Shown here: one piece after another, positions 27,301-36,824 of the stretch | How positions within the stretch are numbered: position 1 is the first letter of the stretch | How the letters are laid out: each line of letters starts with the position of its first letter | Assembly: GCA_028826165.1 (NCBI GenBank) | Contig: JAPDFW010000027.1 | Location: forward strand, 5,185-69,184 | DNA: 64,000 bases | From: Anaeramoeba ignava BMAN | Taxonomy: Eukaryota; Protista; Anaeramoebae | Direction of reading: 5' to 3' | Notes under the pieces: generated by a model | Told to the model about the DNA's origin: nothing | Seen by the model: only the letters and a program-made list of their open reading frames with translations | Database searches by the model: none | Translations under genes and position numbers: made by a program

Positions 27301-28423
27301 TTTTATTTTTCAAGTTGGAATCAGCCCCTTTTTCGATTAATAATTTTATAACTTCTTCTTGCAAATTATTTTTCAAAGCAAAATGTAGCGGTGTTTCGTC
27401 ATTCATATCTTTTGATTTAAGATCCGCTTTTTTTTCAATTAATAATCGCACAATCTCAATCAATGATTTATTCTCCAAGGCACAATGCAAAGGAGTTTCC
27501 TTGTTTTGGTTCTGTGAATTAATATCAGCTCCTTTTCCGATTAATAACTTGATAATTCCAAATGATAAATTATTTTGTAGTGCAACATGCAAAGATGTTT
27601 CTTCCCAATAATTTTTTGAATTGACATCAGATCCATTTTCTATCAATAATTCAATAATTTCAAACGATAATTTGTTTTGTAAAGCAATATGTAAAGGTGA
27701 TTGATTTTTCTTGTTTTTTGAATTAATATCAGCTCCTTTTTCAATTAGTAATTTAATAACCTCCAATGATAAATTATTTTGTAATGCAATATCTAAAGGT
27801 GATTGATTTTTCTTGTTTTTTGAATTAATATCAGCTCCTTTTTCAATTAGTAATTTAATAACCTCCAATGATAAATTATTTTGTAAAGCAATATCTAAAG
27901 GTGATTGATTTTTCTTGTTTTTTGAATTAATATAAGCTCCTTTTTCAATTAGTAATTTAATAATTTCTAAAGAACGATTTTTTTTCAAGGCAACATGCAA
28001 AGAAATTTCATCATTTTGGTTTTGTAAATTAACATTAGCTGCCTTTTCAATTAATAGTTTAATAATTTCAAAAGATAAATTATTGAGTAAAGAAATGTGC
28101 AAAGGAGCTTGTTTTTTCCTGTTTTTTGAATTGAGATGAGCTCCGCTTTCAATTAGTAATTGGATGATTTCAAATGAGGAGTTGTTTAAAATGGCGGAAT
28201 GTAAAGAAGTGTTTCCAAATTTATCGATATGATTTGGATTTGCATTTTTTTCAATTAGTAGATGAATAACTTCGAAAGAAGCTTTTTTTTCGATTGCAAA
28301 ATTAAGGAAAGGTTGAATTGGATTTTGGAATTGATTTGAATTCAAAGGAGGAATTGAGTCCAAAAAATGAACCAAATTATTTCTTATTGCATTATAAACA
28401 GAATCAGTGCTCTGAAAAAACAT
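24305..28423 (-). CDS. Ankyrin-repeat protein (~30 repeats) with C-terminal BTB/POZ domain(s); putative Cullin-3 adaptor
   Basis: 33-aa periodic TPLHIAL..IIKLLIEKGADINSK; C-terminal DFKIICE..IEVHKLILAIRSDLFKAMF; single exon. Confidence 0.93.
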   Translation of the reverse strand: MFFQSTDSVYNAIRNNLVHFLDSIPPLNSNQFQNPIQPFLNFAIEKKASFEVIHLLIEKNANPNHIDKFGNTSLHSAILNNSSFEIIQLLIESGAHLNSKNRKKQAPLHISLLNNLSFEIIKLLIEKAANVNLQNQNDEISLHVALKKNRSLEIIKLLIEKGAYINSKNKKNQSPLDIALQNNLSLEVIKLLIEKGADINSKNKKNQSPLDIALQNNLSLEVIKLLIEKGADINSKNKKNQSPLHIALQNKLSFEIIELLIENGSDVNSKNYWEETSLHVALQNNLSFGIIKLLIGKGADINSQNQNKETPLHCALENKSLIEIVRLLIEKKADLKSKDMNDETPLHFALKNNLQEEVIKLLIEKGADSNLKNKNNEIALHMALKSNYSDRVIQLLTGKEVDVNLKNNNNETPLSIALENNYSIEIIRLLIEKGVDINSKIDILNESALHFALKTKKSDEIIQLIIDKGADIHFRDHRNKENSLHIALKSKYSIEIIRSLIERGVDINSKNKMNESALHIALQNDLSYEIIQLLIDKGADINSKIDDLNITPLYIALENKKPSEIINLLIEKGSDINYKNNNNETPLHIALKRNYPIEVIQAMIGKGNNIISQDHNNEIPLYIALKSKCSFEIIRLLVEEKSPINIKTNYLHEISLHIALKNKCEIEIIGLLIENGARLNSKNKNGETPLHYALKSNLSINVINLLIEKGSLIDSVNKDNETPFQVALKSNCTLEAIETLLEKGTNINAKNKLNETPIHIALKNQCSLEILKMLIGKEVDINAKNNNDETPFHYALKSNYSLEVIKMLVEKGADINSRTKILKDTVLHLALKHNSKLEVIEFLVAKEIAINIKNNSNESSLHVALKANSETEVIKFLIEKGADINSTFNINETPLHYVLGNTFPDDMIMFLIEKGADINAKNNWNEIPLHYALKSKSSSDIIKTLIEKGSDITVQSRYLKESALHYALQNKASKEIIELLVAKGSDVNLCNNQNENSLHLALKNKFSIDVVEFLIEKGADINANTTEKETPLHYALENQLSLQIIRLLIEKGANTNAKSKKNKTPLIIALEKCFPIEIKVLILRAFNPFDFQKEEMTSEIQELFPKIYSFIEDMDKFLQTDGFADLDIKCSDSFQIRVCKEFLLLRLDNNEANLQKFINACKQKPHHIVQLVVNFIYTGFLDFKYFKQKFNGFFETKNKNLKYNYLLSDAFKALSVNNISKQNEQERNEQICDVFTKVGYDLKWIQEKQGINGLLRDFRELYQSKTKDFKIICEEKEIEKEIEVHKLILAIRSDLFKAMFELNVEDKSNQVHDYSGKPFEVLNQTIYFFYHDEFQMSEITKENFEEFEDIQDYFQLNENSILDFLLMNFCLK

Positions 28424-28576
28424 TTATGGAAGAAGAAGAAGAAAAAAGAAAAATGAAAAAGAAATTATTTTTTTTCTTCTTTCATTTTTTTTTTCTCCTT
28501 TTTTTTGGGGTTTTAAATTTAATAAGAAATTTTTCTTTACAGATAATCATTTTCCACTTCTCAAAATTTGGAAAAA

Positions 28577-31500
28577 ATGTCATCTAAACTACGAATTTAC
28601 ACAGCTTCTTTTTTTCGGTTTATTTTTCCGATTCTTTTAATAATAGGACTTTATATTTTATTTCTTTTAAGATATGATTTGAGGAGAAGTTTGATATTTT
28701 TGATTGGAATTGGATTTGGATATACATTAAAAAGAGCAAGATTTGGATATACATCTCATTTCAGGAAATTATTACATGGAAGAGGCCAAGGAATGAGAGC
28801 TCAAATCATTATGTTTCTTGTTACTTCTTTAATTGCTTTACCCATTTATTATCATTCTAAGCCTATTTTTAAACAAAATAAGGATTTCTCAACAAATCTT
28901 TATCCTGTTTCTGTAATTCTTCACAAAATCCTTATCAAAAAATCGTGAAAAAAAAAATTTTTTTTTATTTTTGATTTTTTGTTTTTTTTGATTTTTTTGT
29001 TTTTGAATTAAGACTTCTGTTCTTTTGGGTGCTTTTATTTTTGGTATTGGCCAGCAACTTGGTGATTGTTGTGCTTCAGGTGTTTTGTATGATGTTGGTT
29101 CTGGGAATATTCGTGCTGTTTGGGTTTTAATTTTCTTTATTAGTGGTACAGTTATTGGTAAGTCTTTTTTTTTTCTTTAAGATTAGAATCTAAATCTAAA
29201 TCTAAATCTAAATATAAATATAAATATAAATCTAAATATAAATATAAATCTAAATCTAAATCTAAATATAAATATAAATATAAATATAAATATAAATATA
29301 AATCTAAATCTAAATATAAATATAAATATAAATATAAATATAAATATAAATCTAAATATAAATATAAATCTAAATATAAATATAAATATAAATATAAATA
29401 TAAATATAAATATAAATATAAATATAAATATAAATATAAATATAAATATAAAAATATAAAAATAAATATAAAATAAATATAAATATAAAATAAATATAAA
29501 TATAAATATAAATATAAACTAAAAAAATATAAATCTAAATATAAATAATAAATCTAAATATAAATATAAATATAAATATAAATATAAATATAAATATAAA
29601 TATAAATATAAATATAAATATATAAATCTAAAATATAAATATAAATAAAATATAAATATAAATCTAAATATATAAATATAAAAATAAAAATATAGAAATA
29701 TAAATCTAAATATAAATATAAAATATAAATCTAAATATAAATATAAATATAAATCTAAATATAAATCTAAATCTAAATATAATTTAAATATAAAAATAAT
29801 TAAAAATAGGTGCTTCATTGGTGTATGGGAAATGTTCAAAAATTTTTAGAATTTTAATTTTATTAATTTTGATATTAATTTTAATTTTAATTTAAAATTA
29901 TTAGGGTAGTTTTAGTTTAAATATTAATTTTCAAAAATAAAAAAAATTAAATTAGGAATCTTCCATAAAAAGAATATATCTTCCAAATCCATAACCATGG
30001 GGTAAATTACAAAATTCAAATTATAAAATTCAATTTATAAAATATAAATATAAAATTAAATAAAATTCAAATTAAAAAATCCAAAAAAATATAAATTCAA
30101 TTTAAATTATAAAAAATTTATAAAATTAAATATAAATCTAAATATATTATATATGTTTCTAAAATATAAATATACAAAATTGAGATTAAAATATAAATAT
30201 AAATATAAATATAAATCCACAAAAAATATAAATAGAAATTGAAATAAATATAATTATAAATGAATAAAGAAGAAATAAATATAAACTTTTTCAAAATAAT
30301 AAATTTAAATATATTCTTATAAATATAAAATATAAAATGTATAAATATAAATATAAAGGAAATATAAATTCTCAAAAATATAAAAGTATTAAATATAAGG
30401 TTTAAATTTAAATTATAAATATTAAATATAAATTTTAAATATAAATTTTTAGAAAAAAATCAATTTTATAAATATCTTTTTTTAAATATAAAATCAAAAA
30501 TTTAAATAGAATATAAATATAAATATAAATATAAATCTAGAAATCTCAAAAATTTAAAATATTCAAAAATTCAAAATAAAAATAAAATATAATTATAAAT
30601 CCAAAAATAATAAAATAAAATAAATATAATTTTGATTTTAAAATAATTAAAAATAGGTGCTCGACATATCATTGGTGTATGGGAAAAATGTTCAAAAATT
30701 TTTAGAATTTAAATTTTATTAAAAATTTTGATATTAATTTTAATTTTAATTTTAATTATTAGGGTGTAAGTTTTAGTTTAGAAATTATTTTCAAAAAAAT
30801 TTAAAAAAAAAAGAAATCAATTAAATTAGGGAATCTTATAATACATAAAAAGAGATATATCTTCCAGATCCATTAACACCATATTCAAAATAAAAATTAT
30901 AAAATTCAATTTATTATTCAAAATTCAAAAATTTAAAATTACAAAAAATTAAAAAAATTCAAAATTTAAAAAAATTCAATTACAAAAATTCAATTTAAAA
31001 TTCAATTTACAAAATTCAATTTACAAAATTCAATTTACAAAATTCAATTTACAAAATTCAATTTACAAAATTCAATTTATAAAATTCAATTTATAAAATT
31101 CAATTTATAAAATTCAAATTATAAAATTCAATTTACAAAATTCAATTTATAAAATCTTAATTAAAAAATTCAATTTAAGATTCAATTATTGCTGTTTTAT
31201 GTTTTTGGATTTGCTCTGGCTTATTTTGTTACAATTCTTATTGAGATTAAAGTTCATGGTGGAGTTGAAGAAAGTTGGTTGCAAAAAATTATATCAAAAT
31301 TCCACAAAAAAGAATCACAAGATCAAGAAATTGATGAAATTAAACAATTACTTGTTCCAATTAATGAACCACAAGAAGAAAAAAGTTTATTCTTTAAACT
31401 TTTTCAAAGTAATTGGTCTTATTTAACTGGTGCTTTTATTCTTTCGGGAATTCAAATTCTTTTTCTATTTGTTGGTGGTGAATTGTTGGTGGTGAATTAT

Positions 31501-33056
31501 GGGGAGTTATGGGTATTTTTACAGGAATTGGAAGTAATATTCTCAAAAAAATGGGAGTTGATGTTGAAAGTTGGGAATATTGGGTTTGCTTTTATTAAAT
31601 TATTTTTATTTCTTTTGTGATTTATTTTTATAATTATTTTTTTAGAAAGTAAATCAATTTTCTTTAATAGTTCTTTTTATTTTATAAAAAATTAAAATTT
31701 TTTATTTGATTTTAATAGGAATATTCGAAATTACCAAAAGATCTTTTAGCAAATGAGTTTGTAGAACAAATTTTATTCAAAATATTTAAAACATTCAAAA
31801 TATTCAAAATATTTAAAATAAATATCCAAAATATTCAAAAAATAAATATCCAAAATATCCAAAATATTTAAAATATTCAAAAATAATATATAAAAATATT
31901 TATAAAAATATAAAATAAATATTCAAAATATTTAAATAAAATATTCAAAAAAATATTCAAAATATCCAAAATATTCAAAATATTCAAAATATTCAAAATA
32001 AATATTCAAAATATTTAAAAATATCCAAAATAATCAAAATATCCAAAATATTCAAAAAATATCCAAAATATTCCAAAATATTTATAATCAAAATATTCAA
32101 AATATTTAAAATATTCAAAATAAATATCCAAAAATATTCAAAATATCCAAAATAAATATCTAAAATAAATATTTAAAATATTCAAAATATTTAAAAATAT
32201 CTAAAAATATTTAAAATAAATATTCAAAATATTTAAAAATATCCAAAATATTTATAATAAATATATTTAAAATATTCAAAAATATCCAAAATATCCAAAA
32301 ATAATCAAAATAAATATCCAAAATATTTAAAATATCCAAAATATTTATAATAAAATATTTAAAATATTTAAAATATTTAAAAATATCCAAAATATTCAAA
32401 ATATTCAAAATAAATATTTAAAATAAATATCCAAAATAATCAAAATAAATATTCAAAATATTTAAAATATTCAAAATATCCAAAATATTTAAAATATTCA
32501 AAAATATTTAAAATATTCAAAATATTTAAAATATTTAAAATAAATATCCAAAATATTTAAAATAAATATCCAAAATATTTAAAATAAATATCCAAAATAA
32601 TCAAAATATTCAAAATATCCAAAATAATCAAAATATCCAAAATATTCAAAATATTTAAAATATCCAAAATATTTCAAAATAAATATTCAAAATATTTAAA
32701 ATAAATATTCAAAATATTTAAAATAATATCCAAAATATTTCTTTAGTTATTTCATTCTGGATTTGGCTGTTATTATTGGATCTTTTCTAGCTGCTTCTTA
32801 TATGAAATCTTTTGGAAAAAGTCAATCATTTAATCCAATATCTTGGGTTGGAGGAATTTTCGGAGGAATTTTCTTAGGATTTGGAAGTAGATTGGCTGGT
32901 GGATGTAATATTGGAGCTCTTACTTCTGGAATTGTATCTTGGAGTGTAACTGCGTTTACTTGGTATGTTTGTGCAATGTGTGGGAATTTAGTTGGAATGT
33001 ATCTTCGTCCTATTTTTAAAATTCCAACAAGTCCTACTCCCAAAAAACGAAATTAA
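28577..33056 (+). CDS. YeeE/YedE-family sulfur (thiosulfate, TsuA-like) transporter; exons 28577-28912, 29013-29157, poorly resolved small exons ~30657-30900, 31180-31583, 31719-31756, 32747-33056
   Basis: GIGFGYTLKRARFGYTSHFRKLLHGRGQGMRAQ; GAFIFGIGQQLGDCCASGVLYDVGSGN; WGVMGIF..GVDVESWEYW; GGIFLGFGSRLAGGCNIGALTSGI. A 14-bp duplication at 31471-31498 shifts the frame as assembled. Confidence 0.85.
29187..29790. repeat. (AAATAT/AAATCT)n array in YeeE intron
   Basis: Tandem periodicity. Confidence 0.9.
31000..31152. repeat. 14-bp (AAAATTCAATTTAC/AT)n array in YeeE intron
   Basis: Tandem periodicity. Confidence 0.85.
31778..32740. repeat. 9-bp (AAAATATTC/AAAATATCC/AAAATATTT)n array in last YeeE intron (31757-32746)
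   Basis: Tandem periodicity. Confidence 0.9.
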
Positions 33057-33252
33057 AAAAAATTGTTTTCCATTAGAAATGGTTAAGAACCATTCAAAAA
33101 ACAAGAAAGATGTTGCAATGGATTAATAAATCCTTTGCTTTTTTTTTCTCTTCTTTTTTCTTTTTTTCTTTCAAATTAAGAAATCATAAAATCCAAAAAA
33201 AAAAATTTTATTTTTTCATTTTGATTTTTTCATTTTTTTCATTTTTTTCTAA

Positions 33253-34842
33253 ATGCAAATTTTTTCAGTTAAATTCCCAAATCAAAACCCTCTTCCAAGA
33301 AGTTGCGCAAAAACAGTATATGTTGAACCAAATAAAATGTTTCTATTTGGAGGGATTTGTTCAAATCAATCTTTCAATGATTTATATTCACTCGATCTTG
33401 ATACATTTATTTGGGAAAAAATCAATTATCCATCAACAAGTCAGCCTCAAAAACGAAGCGGACATTCTTTAATTTTATATAAAAATCAATTGATTATATT
33501 TGGAGGAATTTCTGGAAGAAATTTTTGCAATGAAAATTTGATTATTCGTGATTTGCAGAATATCAGTTTTGAGCCATTAGGCAAAATATCTTCTTATGGG
33601 CTTATATTTTCAACACTTGTGGAATTTGAGGGGAAATTATGGATCTTTGGTGGAGATGTTTCTCATAGATTTACAAATAATTTAATTGTTTATGATATAG
33701 ATGCTGATAAGGTTCTTGATATCCAAATCAACGGAAAAATTCCAACTCCAAGATCTCGTCATTCAGCGAATATTTGGAAGCAAAAAATGTGGATTTTTGG
33801 AGGGCAACAAAATTACTTATCCGGTCCTGAATTGAATGATATGCATTCTTTTGATTTCAAAACATTCACATGGGAAGAAATCATACAAAAAGGCGATATT
33901 CCAAGTGCTCGAAGGTCTCATTTCACTTATTGCAATGGGGATTATATGTTTTTGTTTGCAGGATGCGATAAATCAAGGAAAGATTTTAACGACTTTTATG
34001 AATTTAGTTTTGCTACACAAACTTGGTCGAAAATCCCTTTATTCCCAACTTCAATCCCATTCCTTTTCAAAGAATCACCTTTTGAAAAGCAACTAAAATT
34101 GGAAAAAGCCAAAAGGGTTTCGGAAAATGACTCAAATTTCCCTCATGGAAGAACTGCTTGTATCGGACAAATTTATCAAGATTATTTGTTTGTGGGTTAT
34201 GGCGAATATTTCGATCAAGATTGGGTTGAGTTCGATGATTTTTTCGCAATACAAATCCAAAGCCAATTAAGCAAAAACATGCTTAATTTTTTCAATTACC
34301 AAGAATTTGTTGATGTTGAATTAGGTCCAAAAAATTCACCTTTCAAATTTGGTGCTCATAGTCTCATTCTCCAATCAAGATTAGGCGAAAAAGCATCGGA
34401 ATTCATAAATTTATGCAGTCAAATCAAAAACTATACAATCAACGAGGATGATGTCTACAGATTTTTACTCACTTTATATTCCGGTTTGCATGAATATGAT
34501 TGCAAAAATGTTTGCGATATTTTGCACATTCTCAAATTCAATCCTCTTGAAAAAGATTTCGAAAATCTTCTATCCGATCGTAAATCATCCGATTTCCAAA
34601 TTTTAACTGAGAAAAAAACCTTTTATGTTCATAAAACCATTATGTCAGCTCGTAGTCTTTTGTATCGAGGAATGTTTCTTTCTGTTAATGATACAAGCAA
34701 TTCAGTCCATGATTTGTCAGGAAAAAGTGATTCTGCTATTGAAGCAGTTTTGAGATATATTTATACTGGAAATTTTGGGAAAATATCAAAAAAATTACAA
34801 GAGGAACTTTATGATTGTTTTGAATATTATGGATTAGATTGA
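33253..34842 (+). CDS. Kelch-repeat + BTB protein (LZTR1-like architecture)
   Basis: Kelch repeats (PRS..H, LFGG, W) followed by two BTB-like segments (FGAHSLILQSR; FYVHKTIMSARSLLYRGMF). Confidence 0.9.
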   Translation: MQIFSVKFPNQNPLPRSCAKTVYVEPNKMFLFGGICSNQSFNDLYSLDLDTFIWEKINYPSTSQPQKRSGHSLILYKNQLIIFGGISGRNFCNENLIIRDLQNISFEPLGKISSYGLIFSTLVEFEGKLWIFGGDVSHRFTNNLIVYDIDADKVLDIQINGKIPTPRSRHSANIWKQKMWIFGGQQNYLSGPELNDMHSFDFKTFTWEEIIQKGDIPSARRSHFTYCNGDYMFLFAGCDKSRKDFNDFYEFSFATQTWSKIPLFPTSIPFLFKESPFEKQLKLEKAKRVSENDSNFPHGRTACIGQIYQDYLFVGYGEYFDQDWVEFDDFFAIQIQSQLSKNMLNFFNYQEFVDVELGPKNSPFKFGAHSLILQSRLGEKASEFINLCSQIKNYTINEDDVYRFLLTLYSGLHEYDCKNVCDILHILKFNPLEKDFENLLSDRKSSDFQILTEKKTFYVHKTIMSARSLLYRGMFLSVNDTSNSVHDLSGKSDSAIEAVLRYIYTGNFGKISKKLQEELYDCFEYYGLD

Positions 34843-34951
34843 TTTGATTTTTTTGGAATAAAAAAAAATTTTATTTTTTCATTTTAATTTTTTCATTTTT
34901 TTCATTTTAATTTTTTCATTTTTTTCAATTTAATTTTTTCATTTTTTTTCA

Positions 34952-35495
34952 ATGATTGAAAATAATTCACAAAAACCTTCAGATTCTGTTAATATAAAAA
35001 CAAAAATTTTTGAAGCAATCCTTCTTTGGATTCTAACAATATTAGTTTTCACAAAAGGAGAACTTTGGCTTACATTAACAAGCGAAGAAGAAAATGTTTC
35101 TTCTTTTTGGTTTTATATGTCTTTGCTTTGCTTTATTTTCTTTTTCGGAAGCTTTTTTTATCTTGTTTTTTATATTCCTTTGTTTAAGAAGAAAAAAGTT
35201 GATTGGTCTTATGAAATTATATCAACAAAACATGGAAAAATTTTAAAAATTTCAACCGCATCAACTGTTTTATTTATTCCTTTGTAAAAACAAATCCAAA
35301 GCAAAAAAAAATTGATTTAAATTATCAATTTTCTTATTAAACTTTTTTTTCCTAATTTTATTGTTTTATTTTTTAATTTTATTTTTTAGTTTTATTTTTG
35401 CCATTTGGCCTGTTTATCGATTGTCATCAATTCCAATTACAATTCTTTTATGGAGCACTTTTCTTTTTACAGTTTCATTTATTCCGGTTCATTAA
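34952..35495 (+). CDS. Small 4-TM protein, TMEM128-like; exons 34952-35283 and 35390-35495
   Basis: In-frame splice giving ..LFIPF/FIFAIWPVYRLSSIPITILLWSTFLFTVSFIPVH*; FFYLVFYIP and AIWPV motifs resemble TMEM128. Confidence 0.6.
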
Positions 35496-35695
35496 ATTTT
35501 TTCTTTTTTTTTTGTGTTCTTTCTTTTTGAGATTAAAATCTCTTCTAAATTTTGGACAGAATTATTTTCTTTCTTTCTTTAATTTTTTTTTTCAAACAAA
35601 CAAACAGAAACAAAACATTTTTCGAATTTCATTTATTTTATTCCAAAAAATATTTTAAATAAAATTATCAGAAAAATTAATAATAATGATAATAA

Positions 35696-36657
35696 TCAAA
35701 ATTTTTTCTTTTGAGGGAAATGATAAACTGTTATGACTATATCAGTATCTTTAAAAATATCTTTAATAATTGAGCTAACTGTATTCCAATTTAAACGATC
35801 TAATCCACTTGCTAAAAATTAAAATTAAAATTAAAATTAAAATTTAAAATTAAAATTAAAAATTAAAATTAAAATTAAATTACCAATTTTTGGAATAGAT
35901 AATCTTGTAACAGAATTTTTGATTAAAAAGTCTTTCATTTTTTCAAGTGAAGAAGAAAGAGTTTCATAAGTTGGTTTATGAAAATATCTTTGTTTTGTTA
36001 CTAAAGCTCTATAAAATAAAAATAAAAATAAAAATAAAAAGAAAAAGAAAAAGAAAAAGAAAAAGAAAAAGAAAAAGAAAAAGAAGAATTAGGGAAAAAT
36101 TTTTTTTTAAAAATAAAAGAAAAATTACATGATAAATCGATCATCTTGTTTTAAATGACAAAAATCTCCAACTTGTGGATTTTGTAATCTCATTTCTTCA
36201 ATTCCTCCAAATTTCTTTTTAAAAATGGTAGCAATTCCTTTTGATAGTGCTTTAATATTTAAATAAAATAATTGATTATTTTCTTGTCAATAAGTTTGGA
36301 AATGATATAAAAAATTATAAAACAAACAAAGATCTGCAGAAACACAATGAGCAAGAGATTCAGTTGATGTAAATAAATCTCCAGTAATTTCTATAAATTC
36401 AAATTTTGTTTTAGGAGAATCTTTGTTTTCATTTGATTTCTGTCTTTTTTCATCTTTTTCTTCTCTTTCTTTTTCTTTTCTTTTTATTTCTTGTTTTTTT
36501 TGTTTTTTTAATTTTTGATTGTTTTTTTTTTCTTGTTTTTTCTTTAATCTTTTTTCTTGTTTTTCTTCTTGAATTGCTTCTCTTTTTCTTTAAAAAGTTA
36601 AATATAATTTATAATTTGAAATTTATTATTTAAAATTCATTACTTTTTTTCACTCAT
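35696..36657 (-). CDS. OARD1: TARG1/OARD1 (C6orf130)-type macrodomain ADP-ribose glycohydrolase, 5 exons, absent from the ORF track
   Basis: Spliced translation: [112 protein letters not shown]; apparent 2-bp deletion at ~35740 before VITVYHF. Confidence 0.88.
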
Positions 36658-36824
36658 TTCTTTTTTGTTTTTATTTTTTTTAAAATGGAAAAAAAAAATG
36701 AAAAATTAAAAAAATTTTTTTCATTTTTTTTTTCATTTATTTTTGCTTTTTTTTTACTTTTTTGGTTAATTGATTTAAATATAAAAAAATAATAACAACA
36801 ATAATAATAATAATAATAATATAA

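Noticed and set aside
30761-30770. Possible 3-nt microexon (TTAG|GGT|GTAAG) in YeeE
   Set aside because: The surrounding sequence is too error-ridden to establish frame, and the gene could be joined without it
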